64,000 nucleotides of DNA. Source: Gracilinanus agilis. Its lineage: Eukaryota. Below the pieces are notes generated by a model. It was not told where the DNA came from. It worked only from the letters and a program-made list of their open reading frames with translations, and searched no databases. Each line of letters starts with the position of its first letter. Within the stretch, counting starts at the first letter, position 1. The translations under genes and the position numbers were made by a program. The stretch covers positions 212,644,132 to 212,708,131 of the forward strand of contig NC_058133.1 of NCBI RefSeq assembly GCF_016433145.1. The letters run 5' to 3'. Positions 12,774 through 23,167 of the stretch are shown here, one piece after another.

Positions 12774-13262
12774 GTAAGGCTTCGGCTGACAGAGGAGCTC
12801 AGCTTTTCTTCTCTACTAGGTGGGGAGGGAGAAGAGTGATTAATTGCTGAAATTCCTCTTGTCCATGACATCAACTCTCAGATAAGAACGGAAATATTTC
12901 CAACCTCTTTTATCCCTACCAATAGAAAGGAATATACATAATTTTCAGTTGTGCATAACACCTTCATGAAAACTGACCATGTATGAAGATATATAAGCCT
13001 CACAAACAAATGCAAAAATATCTTTTATGATTCAATTCTGTGAAAAACTAAATTCAACAAAGAGCTACTAAACAAAAGATTAAAAACAAATCAAAAGGGT
13101 GGAGCTTGGGGGGTGAAGGGGAAAGTAAGAGCATGAATTATGTAACCATGTTGACTTTTCTAAAAATAAATATTAATAAATGTTTTTTTTTAAATGCTCC
13201 CAATAAAGCAAGAAAAAGTATAATGGTGAGAAAAAAAAACAACAAATCAAAAGCTAACTATA

Positions 13263-13756
13263 AGGGGGCAGCTGGGTAGCTCAGTGGATTGAGAGCCAGG
13301 CCTAGAGATGGGAGGTTCTAGGCTTAAATCTGGCCTCAGACACGTCCCAGCTGTGTGATCCTGGGCAAGTCACTTGACTCCCATTGCCTACCCTTATCAC
13401 TCTTCTGCCTTGGAGCCAATAAGGCAAAGACAAGAAGCCAAGACAGAAGGTAAGGATTTAAAATTTTTTAAAAAATTGTTTTTAATTTTAAAAATCTAAC
13501 TATATTGGGAGCAGCTGGGTAGTTCAGTGGATTGAGGGCCAGGCCTAGAGATGAGAGGTCCTAGGTTCAAATATAGCCTCAGACACTTCCTAGATGTGTA
13601 ACCCTGAGCAAGTCACTTAACCCCCCATTATCTAGCCCTTACTGCTCTTCTGCCTTGGAACCAACACATAGTATTGATTCCAAGATGGAAGGTAAAGGTT
13701 TAAAAAACAAACCAACCAACAAACCAACAAACAAACAAATAAATAAATAAATAAAT
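13263..13756 (+). mobile_element. Two head-to-tail SINE-1-like elements (about 13263-13490 and 13507-13756)
   Basis: Two full consensus copies; (g/t)ctaactata motif before, between and after; AAAC/AAAT tail. Confidence 0.9.
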
Positions 13757-14660
13757 AAGCTAACTATATTAATCCTAAAGAACTGGCAAGTCAAAGGACA
13801 AAACAATAGGTAATGTTATTAAAGACAATGTCATGAGTGACAACACACCAAGATGTAGGGCTTGCGGCCAAAGCACTCCTAAGGCAGAAAATTTATATTT
13901 CTTATATCTCTATCTCCAATTCTCTCAGGTCCCTAACTTTTATAATGGCAAATACCACTACTTTATCAAAAATCTTTCTTCCAACCATGGATGGATGATT
14001 TTGTTTTTGTCTTTTAAAACCTTTACCTTCTTAGTATTAGTTCTAATTCAGAAGAGTGATAAGGGCTAGACAATCAGGGTTAAGGGAGTTGCTCAAGGTC
14101 AGACAGCTAGGAAGTATCTGAGGCCACATTTGAACCCAATCCCTCCTGATTCAAAGCCTGATGCTCTATGCACTAAGCCACTTCACTCCTCTTTATTTAA
14201 TCTTAAGCATTAGGTTATTTCTCTTGGGCATCATTAGCTTCTAAGCACAGCTTATCCACCTCTGCTAGCTTCAGAAAACCTCTCATTTCTCAGTTAGCAT
14301 TGCTAGCTGTGTGGGTGGTGTTAGGAACTTCTAGACTGATAGACAGAGGGGGATGTCATGAAGCAGGTGGGACAATGTTCCAGGTTCAAATGGCCCCAAA
14401 GGCAATAAGCCTGCCTTTTATTTCTCACCATCAAAGTTCAAGCTCCATTTACTGTGACTATCGACAGTCCCTCCTGGTGTCCTATTTGAATAACATGAAT
14501 GAAGACACCAGCACCCAGGTGATCATTATTGAGAGGGCAGGAAATTACTTGGGCTCAGTGGTCATCCATCCATTGCAAATTCCTATCCACCTTAAAGTCC
14601 ATTCTTCCTGTCTGTATTAGGGCTGAGTTGCCTAAGGTGTTAATGTTCTTGGCCCAGCAG

Positions 14661-14754
14661 GTCTTCTGTGTAAATTCCGCCATACCAGAAGAGTGCTGTG
14701 TACCAACTACCTAGTTGGCTTCTGTCCAGAGGGACCTGGTTGCAAATTCACACA
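14661..14754 (+). CDS. CPSF4L: CPSF4L coding exon 5 (94 nt): (G)[30 protein letters not shown](H), ZF4 end and ZF5
   Basis: CAGCAG tandem acceptor at 14655-14660; ca|GTATGT donor at 14755; matches CPSF30 ZF5 ([19 protein letters not shown], recalled). Confidence 0.95.
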
Positions 14755-15222
14755 GTATGTATTTCCCTTAAATCATCAGTTCACACCAGAAGGCTGCTTT
14801 AGCCCATCACTGATTCCTGCTTTCTAATCCCCAAAGGACAGAGGCATTCTATACCTTTGATAGCTCATATTATACTCAATTGTGTCCACTAGCTAAGCCC
14901 CCCCCCAAAATTTCTCATTCTTCCAAAGTAGCCCTTTCTACTGACAGACTATAGTAGGGGTTTTCTTGTTACTCCTGATATCTTGATTAAATAAAATTCT
15001 TCATTATGGACCCTGAAAACAGCAGCAGAGAAATCTAGTTGCCAAGCCCCCAGCTATGCTGACAGCATAAGTTCTTTTTTCCTTGTCCTGGGTGGGAATC
15101 CTTTCCTTTCAGAGTCTGGAAATGTGAAGTTTACAGTAGCCTTTGGTGTTGAGAACATTATTAAGCTGGAGTTGGGTGTGACATATTGGTACTTTAATTG
15201 CTTCTTCATATCTTCTTCTCAG

Positions 15223-15265
15223 CCCCAAGATGACTCTGTTATTGCATAACACAAGTCACTCAAAG
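15223..15265 (+). CDS. CPSF4L: CPSF4L coding exon 6 (43 nt): (H)PKMTLLLHNTSHSK
   Basis: Long pyrimidine tract + tctcAG at 15221-15222; aag|GTAAGA donor at 15266. It completes the ZF5 His codon (phase 2 in, phase 0 out), as CPSF4 exon 6 does. Confidence 0.8.
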
Positions 15266-15472
15266 GTAAGAACTAGAAAGGGGTATGTGTCAGCCATGCT
15301 CACCTCATTTAAATTTCCTACCATCACTATGTTCTCCAGGAGTTCCTAACCCTAGATAAATGGTACCTATTTCCCTATGAAAAAGGTGACATTCCTAAAG
15401 ACTATTGTACTTTTTTTAGCATGTGTTGTGTCCAATTTGCTAGCCATTTTAATATTTTTTAATGTCATTATT

Positions 15473-15670
15473 TGGAGCACCTAGGTGGCTCTGTAGCTTA
15501 AGAACTAGGCCTGGAGATGAAAAGTCCTGGGTTCAAATCTAGCCTTAGATGCTTCCTAGCTGTGTGACCCTGGGCAAGTCATTTCACCCCCATTGCCAGC
15601 TCTTACTGCTCTTCTGCCTTAGAACCAATACACTGCATTGATTCTAAGATAGAAAGTAAGAGGTTTTTTT
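15473..15670 (+). mobile_element. SINE-1-like element
   Basis: Full consensus match. Confidence 0.85.
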
Positions 15671-16753
15671 AATGTCTTTATTGATCCTATATATCATTTA
15701 AGATGTTTGTTAAATGCTTTATTTATCCTTATCCCAGTCCTCGTGGGTTCAAGAGTGACAGTCCTTTTGGAGGTGGAAAGGGGCCAGGAGCTTCAGTTTA
15801 GCATACCAAACACCAAAGAGAACCTAAATCTGGCTCTGTTTGACAAGAAAGAGAAGGGACTTTTTCTGATGATGGACAGGAAAAATGAGGGCAGGTAAAG
15901 AGAAGAATGAAAGCAAAGGCCTAAAAAATGTGATGTGGTAGAAAAGATAAAATGGTGCATTTAGAATCAGGTGTCTGAGTTCAAATCCCAACTCTTATTT
16001 ATCACTTGTGAGATCATAGACAATCACTTAGCCTTTTCTGGATGTTTCCTTGGTTGTTGTTCTTTGTACACTAAAAGAATCAAAATGGCATCACTTGGTG
16101 ATGTCTTTGGCTTATGTATACATTGGATTTAAGTGAAGCAGAGTTACACAAAGTTACCAGCCTTACTTTCTCTTCCAGAGTCATCAAAGTCCAGGGGCCA
16201 TATAAAAATAAAAGCGCCTGCTTCCTTAGTTGCAAAAACAAAGAGGCTGGACTAGATGACCATCCAGACCCTGTGCAGCTCTAAATCTGCAGGACACTAC
16301 GTACATATAGTATCCAAGTCCATATGGATTATTTCTATGGTAGATTTCCAAGAGAGGAGAGAGACAGATTGTTGGCCTAGCAGCAGATGTAACTCCTATA
16401 GGAGGAACACTGGCATGGCAAAATGGGAGGCATCCATGGCACCTTCTGCCTTAAAAGGGGAAACCCTATAAAGCAGGTAGCAATACCTATGACTGGAGAT
16501 TGCTGACATAAGGTGGAAAAGCTCTCTTTCAAGCCCAAGGAACTTGCCAGTCCACTCAACTTCTGAAGAAGTAAAATAAATGTAATCACTTTCTCCCCCA
16601 CCCACTTTTCCTCTGTATAAATCAGCAAATAACTAGTTTTTACAAGCTTGGCTTTAAATCTAAAAACTTCATCATCCTCTGAACAGAGAACCATGCCCTA
16701 ACCTAGAGTTCTTTGATTCATTTCAATTTTTGTCTTTCCTTTTTTGCTTTCAG

Positions 16754-16837
16754 AATGTAAGTCAACTACAAAGGCCAACACAACTTGCTTCCATTGTGGA
16801 AATGTGTTCTGAGCACAGTCAGCAAGAGAGCCACTAG
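16754..16837 (+). CDS. CPSF4L: CPSF4L terminal coding exon: NVSQLQRPTQLASIVEMCSEHSQQESH*
   Basis: Very strong acceptor (ttttgtctttccttttttgctttcAG, 16752-16753); phase 0; TAG at 16835-16837; LQR motif aligns loosely with CPSF4 exon 7. Total CDS is 624 nt = 207 aa. Confidence 0.7.
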   Translation, partial: NVSQLQRPTQLASIVEMCSEHSQQESH

Positions 16838-17316
16838 CTAAATTTCCAAGCAAAATCAGTGAACCCTCTGCAGCAGTTCATTTGCTTTAGGATGGGTATT
16901 GAGGCCAAGAAGATTTTTCTTCCTTTCATGTTGAAAACCAGAAGTATGTTTTGATCATTGATCTGGATAGGAATAATTCCCTATGTGTAACAAGGGAGGA
17001 AAAAACTGTACTTGAGCTTAAGGATATAAGGTATGTCTTGGGGAGAAGGTAGATACAGGCAAATCAAATCCTCAAGATGCCTGAAAGTTGTCATCACCAG
17101 TGTAATCTTGTCTTCATATCTCCTGCCAAATGCTTACTTGCTTTAAAAAAAAGGCATTCCCAAGTTAGTGAAAGTTATTATTCTCTTCAAATTATTATTA
17201 CGTTGAACTATAGCTATATAGGGCCTTTGGGAACTTGGGGTGATCAAGCACCTTGAACTTCATTCTTGGTGCTAACATCTATCTTGAGAAGAGAAAAATG
17301 TTAAAACAAGGAATCT

Positions 17317-17322
17317 AATAAA
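17317..17322 (+). promoter_or_regulatory. Candidate CPSF4L poly(A) signal AATAAA
   Basis: First AATAAA I found after the stop codon (about 480 nt downstream), followed by U/GU-containing sequence. Confidence 0.55.
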
Positions 17323-18770
17323 TTCTTATGATGTGAGATACCAAATTGCATAGGGTTTTCTGAGCTTACAGAATGGAGGGAAAGAAGAATCTTTTGTTTT
17401 CTTGACCTTCCATTTTATTCACTTTTTAAGTCCCAGATAGTAACTTTTATGCTTCTCTTTTCTACCTGGCATCACTGCCCACCCTATGGTCCTTGAAAAT
17501 CCTTTTTGAGTGAATATGAATGTGAGATTTTGGGATGCTGACACCATGTACTCTCAAAGTTTATTGTTGTTGTTTTGGTTTTTTCCTAGCTGATTACAGC
17601 ATCACATTTTGGCAGGAAATACAAATTGTATAAGAATCCAAATATGCTCTCATGGGTTCTGCTGGGGTTTCATTATGCAGTGGGGGTGGGAGGACTCTTA
17701 ACATGTTTGAAGAAGAAATTAAGCCCATCAAATCTTTCCTTTCAGCTTGGAGGAAGGGGCCATTTTGCTAGTGAACACAAGAAGAATCAACCAACAGTGT
17801 TCTTCAGAAAATAACAGAATATCTGAGTGACTAGACGACCTTTGTGAGCAAATAATCCCCAATAATCTTAGCATATATGATATTCAATGTAACATTTGTT
17901 TATTGTTTAAATTAATGTAATTTAATGAGGTAAAATCACTAAAGTCTGAATAGCATGAAAAGTAAATGCTTCATCTTTTTCTCTTTTCCAATAAGTGAAT
18001 GAACCTCAAACAGTAAAACAGAATGAAGGCAAAATGCCTGAATCTGATTGTTGTTGACTTATATATTGAATTATATATTCATTCATATATATTAATATGT
18101 ATATAATATATATTCAACATGTTGAAAGGAAGAAATCATAAAAACTAAGAAAATCCAAATGATTTCATATTTTATGTGGTTCTTTTTTTTGTGAGCCAAA
18201 TCTGTCATATGGGACTAGAAATGCTTCTAAGTGCTGGCAAAGTCTCATAATCTACTCTAGCTAATACAAAAGCTACCTTCAGCATGATGAAGGCACTTGG
18301 CATTCATTCTAAGTATAATGGTACATACTTCAAGCTCCAATTGTGTTTCATCTTAAAGATGATGTGCACATGGAAGATTAATTTGTATCATTCATGACTT
18401 TACGTTAGGGATGGGGCTGCATCTGTGATTTCATTGGCACAGGGAACTTCTGGATGAGGAAACTCCCTTCCACCAATGTAGGTTGGCATTTTCTCTGAAA
18501 CTTACTGCCCGAGAACAAAGGTGAGCTGGAGATTCATCTGGTCTATTAATTTGCAACTTTTAATATTTTGATAACTGTATTTCAACAGAATTTTGTTTCT
18601 TTTGTAATTCAATGCACTTATTTTTTTTGCATTTTAAAACATTCTGAGAAGCGATGCACTTCATTAGATTCTCAGAGATCCATGACACAAAAATGATTAA
18701 GAATTTTTGCCTTAGAAAGTTGCCTAGTGTGGGTGTGGTGAAAAATGCTTGTAATCCCTAATGCTGGGAG

Positions 18771-18890
18771 GGAGGGAGGAAGGAAGACAGGAAGGAAACA
18801 AGGGAGGGAGGGGGGAAGGAGGGAAAAAAGGAGGGAAAGAAGGAAGGCGGGAAGGAAAGAAGGTTGGTAGGCAGGTGGAGGGGGTGGGAA
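18771..18890 (+). repeat. Purine-rich (GGA/GGAA) low-complexity tract
   Basis: Nearly pure A/G run between the CPSF4L and C17orf80 3' ends. Confidence 0.85.
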
Positions 18891-20492
18891 GATGTTATGT
18901 GATTTTCCCAGGCTAGCACAATATCCATCAGAGGTATGATTTGAACCTAGGTCTGGCTCAGATGCCAGCTCTCTATCTACTATACTATGGTATCAAACTC
19001 AAATAGAAATGGAGCTTTATTGGATGTGTATTGTCTTAAAACTGCAAATTAACATTATACATTTTTTATTTATTTTGTTAAACATTTTCCAACTATACTT
19101 TAATCTGGTCAGGGCCATTACAATTAAAGGTTCTGTACTAGACCATTATGCCTTTTTACTTTTATGATATAGGAGTTATAGGGAGTAAAAATGTTATAAG
19201 AAGTAGTATATGCTGGCTTCTGTAGGAAAGGCTTTATGGAAAAGGTAGAACTTGAGTAAATCCCTGAAGGACAATGGAATTGGGGTCAACAAAATAGTGG
19301 AAAGGGGTACAGTATATTTGAGGGACAATGAGGATTCTGACTGGTTAAGAAGAAAAATCATGAGGTGTGGCTAGATGACACAGTGGATAGAGTCAGGCCT
19401 AGAGTTGGGAGGACCTGGAATCAAATCTGACCTCAGATACTTCCTAGCTTTGTGACTGGCAATTCACTTAATTCTGCATTGCAAGTCCTTGCCATTCTTC
19501 TGTCATAGAATTGATACTAAGACATTTTTATAGTTTGTAGTTGAAACTAATGGGTTGTTTTTTTTAATCACATTGGGAAGTAGCAAGAGATAATAGTGCT
19601 ACTCTGTTATCTAGAGATGGCCCTGACTAGCAGAGTGAAATAATTTAGATATCACTCTGTTGGGGTATATAAGATTTATGAGGAGTAGAGTGATATGATG
19701 AAGGTAGAACTTTTTGAAGACTGTGTACAGGATGGATTTGAAAGGAAAGAGAATCGCAACAATGAGACCAATTAGGCTGTAGCAATTATCCAGGCATAAG
19801 ATAAAGATCTGGACTTGTACAGTGTTAGTGAGGATGGAAAGGATTTTTCCTTTAAAATAACTCAGATCATCCTTTGAACTTGAAATATCAGAGTAGGTAT
19901 ATAACTTAATATAAGGGAGAATTAAAAATAATAGCTTTGAAATCCTGGTGGTTGTATCAATGGAAAGGAATTGATATGGACTTGCGGAAAGGTAAAGAAA
20001 ATGTTATTTTGGACATGTTGAGTATGAGCTGATGACTCCAGGTAGAGCTTTCTGTTGGCAACTAGCATATAGTGGTGATTAGTTAAGATGTGAATGAATG
20101 GATTATAAGGGCAGAAGAGTATGCAGTTTCGTTTAGACTGAAAGCAACTTCGTTTTTATCAACTAAATGTATCACATCTGTCCTGATGAAAATCTGGCTA
20201 CTTACTGACAAACTTTCCATGACATCATTAGATATGGGTTTCTTTTCTGTAAAAGCAAAATACTAACAAATCCACGGGGATATTCCTTCCTTTAAGATGT
20301 TAGCTTTGTTAAACAGAGGCAGCTACCTGGCAAAAACTGTTATGAATATACCCTCTAATAAATCCTATGATGTGTGAACTAGAGTGTAAATAGTTTTTTT
20401 TAGTACTGAAGTAGACTTCTAATGTCACATTCATGGCTAAGCACTTAAGTTTAGCAGTCAGTCTATCTTATATGCTTAAAAATAACATTTTA

Positions 20493-20704
20493 GGGGGCAG
20501 CTGGGTGGCTCAGTGACTTGAGAGCCAGGCCTAGAAATGGGAGATCTTGGGTTCAAACCCGGCCTCGGATACTTCCTAACTTGTGTGACCCTGGACAAAT
20601 CACTTAAAACCCATTGCCTAGCACTTACCACTCTTCTGCCTTGGAACCAATACATGATATTGATTCTAAGATGGAAGGTAAGGGTTTAAAAAAATAATAA
20701 ATAA
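20493..20704 (+). mobile_element. SINE-1-like element with 15-nt TSD aaaaataacatttta
   Basis: Consensus match with the direct repeat on both sides. Confidence 0.9.
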
Positions 20705-21336
20705 TAAAAATAACATTTTATATCTTAACCCTTAGCATTTAATGCATTAAAGTTCCCTAAGACAGTTAAGCTGTATGTTCTGGTAGAACATGTGGTTTTT
20801 GCTTGTTTGTTTGTTTGTTTTGAGAGGCACCTAGCTAAAACAATATTTTCTTTAGCCTGACAAAACCAGAAATTCCCAACACTGATCACTCCTTTGGGCC
20901 AAGAGATTGTCTTGAAAAGACCCTTATTTAAAATACAAACGTTAGATCTAGGACAAGGTAAAACTTTAGCATTATTGTTGACTTATAAAAGGCAACAGAA
21001 AGGTGCTAGAGGAAGGTGGGTAAAGGAGTGTTGCAAATGAATTATGTAGGTGGGAAACTGGGAGCTCCAAAGTGTTTTCTTTAAGGATTATTTCAGAAAT
21101 TTCTGGTCTAGAGAGAATGAAGATGAAGTTTTCCTAATATGGAAATCTCTTAAGGAATTATGGATGAGGCTGGTATTGGTGGTCTAGGTCTGAACTAAAT
21201 TCTAAGATAAAACATCAATTTTCTTGGCCATGCCTTAGTAAGAATTAGAATTACCACAATTTATCTCTTCTTTTTAAAACTAGGACTCCAACACACATGT
21301 TAACTGTAATACAGTACCAAAGTAATATAATGAATA

Positions 21337-21342
21337 TTTATT
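21337..21342 (-). promoter_or_regulatory. C17orf80 poly(A) signal AATAAA
   Basis: Plus-strand tttatt about 300 nt past the stop; GU-rich gtgtgttgg lies downstream on the minus strand. Confidence 0.7.
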
Positions 21343-21644
21343 GCTTTTCTACTCCACACCCTCCATTCAGGTTAGCCAAGGAAGTCAGTCTGTGTGCTCA
21401 GGCACAACTTTAGTTTAACTATTTTCTTTTCAGAAATCTCTAATTAACAAAATCCTGACAATGAGAATAATGTCTCAGCACTAATTTTTTAAATTATATT
21501 TTTAAAATATGGTTCAGGAACTTTGCTATTCCCTCTCTCCTCTTCTGAAGTAAAATATTAAGCTTTTACATGAATTACAGTGATTCTCACTGTGTTTCTC
21601 CCAATCTATCAGAACTCCTCTTGACACGATGCATGGTTTCCTGA

Positions 21645-21673
21645 TCAGTACTGCTTGCGCCAATGCTGCAGCT
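21645..21673 (-). CDS. C17orf80: C17orf80 terminal coding exon (29 nt): (K)LQHWRKQY*
   Basis: Long pyrimidine tract then cccaaAG (plus 21674-21675); phase 1; TGA ends at 21645. Total CDS is 1707 nt = 568 aa. Confidence 0.85.
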
Positions 21674-22442
21674 CTTTGGGTAGAGAAGGGAAAAACAAGG
21701 AAGGTTTGAGAAGCAACAATTATTGACCATCAAAGGAAGTAAAGTCCTTTGGTACAAGTTGAGATTCAAAATCCCAGATTAAGCTTTTCTTTCAGCCTAG
21801 ACCCCAAACAGCTCATGAAATCAAAAGCTCAAATGATATTTTGTCCCTCACATCATACTTCCCTTTGTAAACTACCTCTGACAGGGGAGAAAAAGAGTGG
21901 TAGAGTGGGGAATGTATTGACAAAGTTAGGAAGCTTGATTAGTAGGAAATGCCAGGCTTACAAATGATCACTATCTGTCTTCTGACTTGAAGGTCCAGAG
22001 CCATACTCAGGCATGGTCATCTAGAGTTTTTACTTTTAGCCTCTAATCTGGACTCAGTCTAGATCTAGAAAGAGTTCATTTAGCTATGTCCAAATGTGAA
22101 GCCTGAAGTGACTACTTCTTTGCTTTAGGGGCAAATCACTGCTGCCTAAAGAACTGAAGGTTTATGCATCAAAGGACCTAAAAAAAGTGAATGGGCAGGT
22201 GCAGTTGTGATCAAAATATTTAGCAGGTGGGAGAAGCCATATGAGTATTATTAGATCAGAGTACTGAAGATGCTAGAAAGCTACTGAGGGGCAAAGGCAC
22301 CTTGTATATATAAACTTTGTAGAAAAGGAAAGGTCAAAAGTGCAGGGCATTCCTTGGTAAGCAGAGGAGTTGTTCCCTAATATTTAACTGTGTCTGTGAT
22401 TCAAGGGTTTATAATTCAAGCCCAAAAGCCAGGAAGTCTTAC

Positions 22443-22556
22443 TCAGGTGCTTGAAACTCCAGCTGTAGCAAAGGACACAGTATCCAGCAAAGAGCATTGT
22501 GATGCCACCGACGCTACCCTTCTTCAAGTTGTTATATTTTTGGTATTTAATCCAGG
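22443..22556 (-). CDS. C17orf80: C17orf80 coding exon 3 (114 nt): (A)WIKYQKYNNLKKGSVGGITMLFAGYCVLCYSWSFKHL, transmembrane segment
   Basis: ttctttttaaaCAG acceptor (plus 22557-22559); a|GTAAGA donor at 22442; phase 1/1; hydrophobic GITMLFAGYCVLCYSW stretch. Confidence 0.92.
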
Positions 22557-23038
22557 CTGTTTAAAAAGAAGCATGAGTCTACTTGTTAGTGAACTCTAAT
22601 TCTGGAATTTATTTTCCAAAGTCTTTTCTCTCAGGCCATTGGCCTGGGAAATGAACATATACTTCCAGAAAGTACTCCCAGAATGTTAGACTAAGTAAAG
22701 GACCTTAAATAACAATAATCTAGTCCCTTCAAATGCTGAGAAAGGCTCCAAAGTAGTTTTAGTCTTCCTTAGGAGCTAAGGTCAAGCATTTCATGGGGAA
22801 ACATCTTTATATAATATGAGGCTTGAGATGATCTATAGGTATCAGTCAATCAATATAGGTATCTACAGGTTACAAGTTTTCATGCTAATTCACATCCAAG
22901 AATAGATAGAAACAGGGTCAGGTTGTTGTACACAAAATGACAAATCCAGTGGCATAAATACCACAGATATAGAATGACTTATAAAGTTTATAAAATCATC
23001 TAAACCCAGTAACTGAATCATCATCAATCCAGTCTCAC

Positions 23039-23167
23039 CTTTTTGAACTGTTCCCAGCAGCCCCATTAAAGAGAAGTTGGACATTGCAAGCCAGGATGGA
23101 AGGTTTCCAATCTTTATATCCAATAGACTTTTTTCCAAAAGTGGAACTATGGATGCAAACAGAACTT
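23039..23167 (-). CDS. C17orf80: C17orf80 coding exon 2 (129 nt): (E)VLFASIVPLLEKSLLDIKIGNLPSWLAMSNFSLMGLLGTVQK
   Basis: cattttaCAG acceptor (plus 23168-23170); g|GTGAGA donor at 23038; phase 1/1. Confidence 0.9.

Noticed and set aside
16774-16812. Alternative frame in the CPSF4L last exon reading ANTTCFHCGNVF*, resembling the start of the CPSF4 zinc knuckle (TCYKCG)
   Set aside because: It lacks the H-x4-C half, needs a weak aaAG acceptor, and in CPSF4 this motif is split by an intron as I recall. Likely coincidence.
20188-20212. TGATGA...CTGA box C/D-like motif pair
   Set aside because: Far too short for a snoRNA and no terminal stem.
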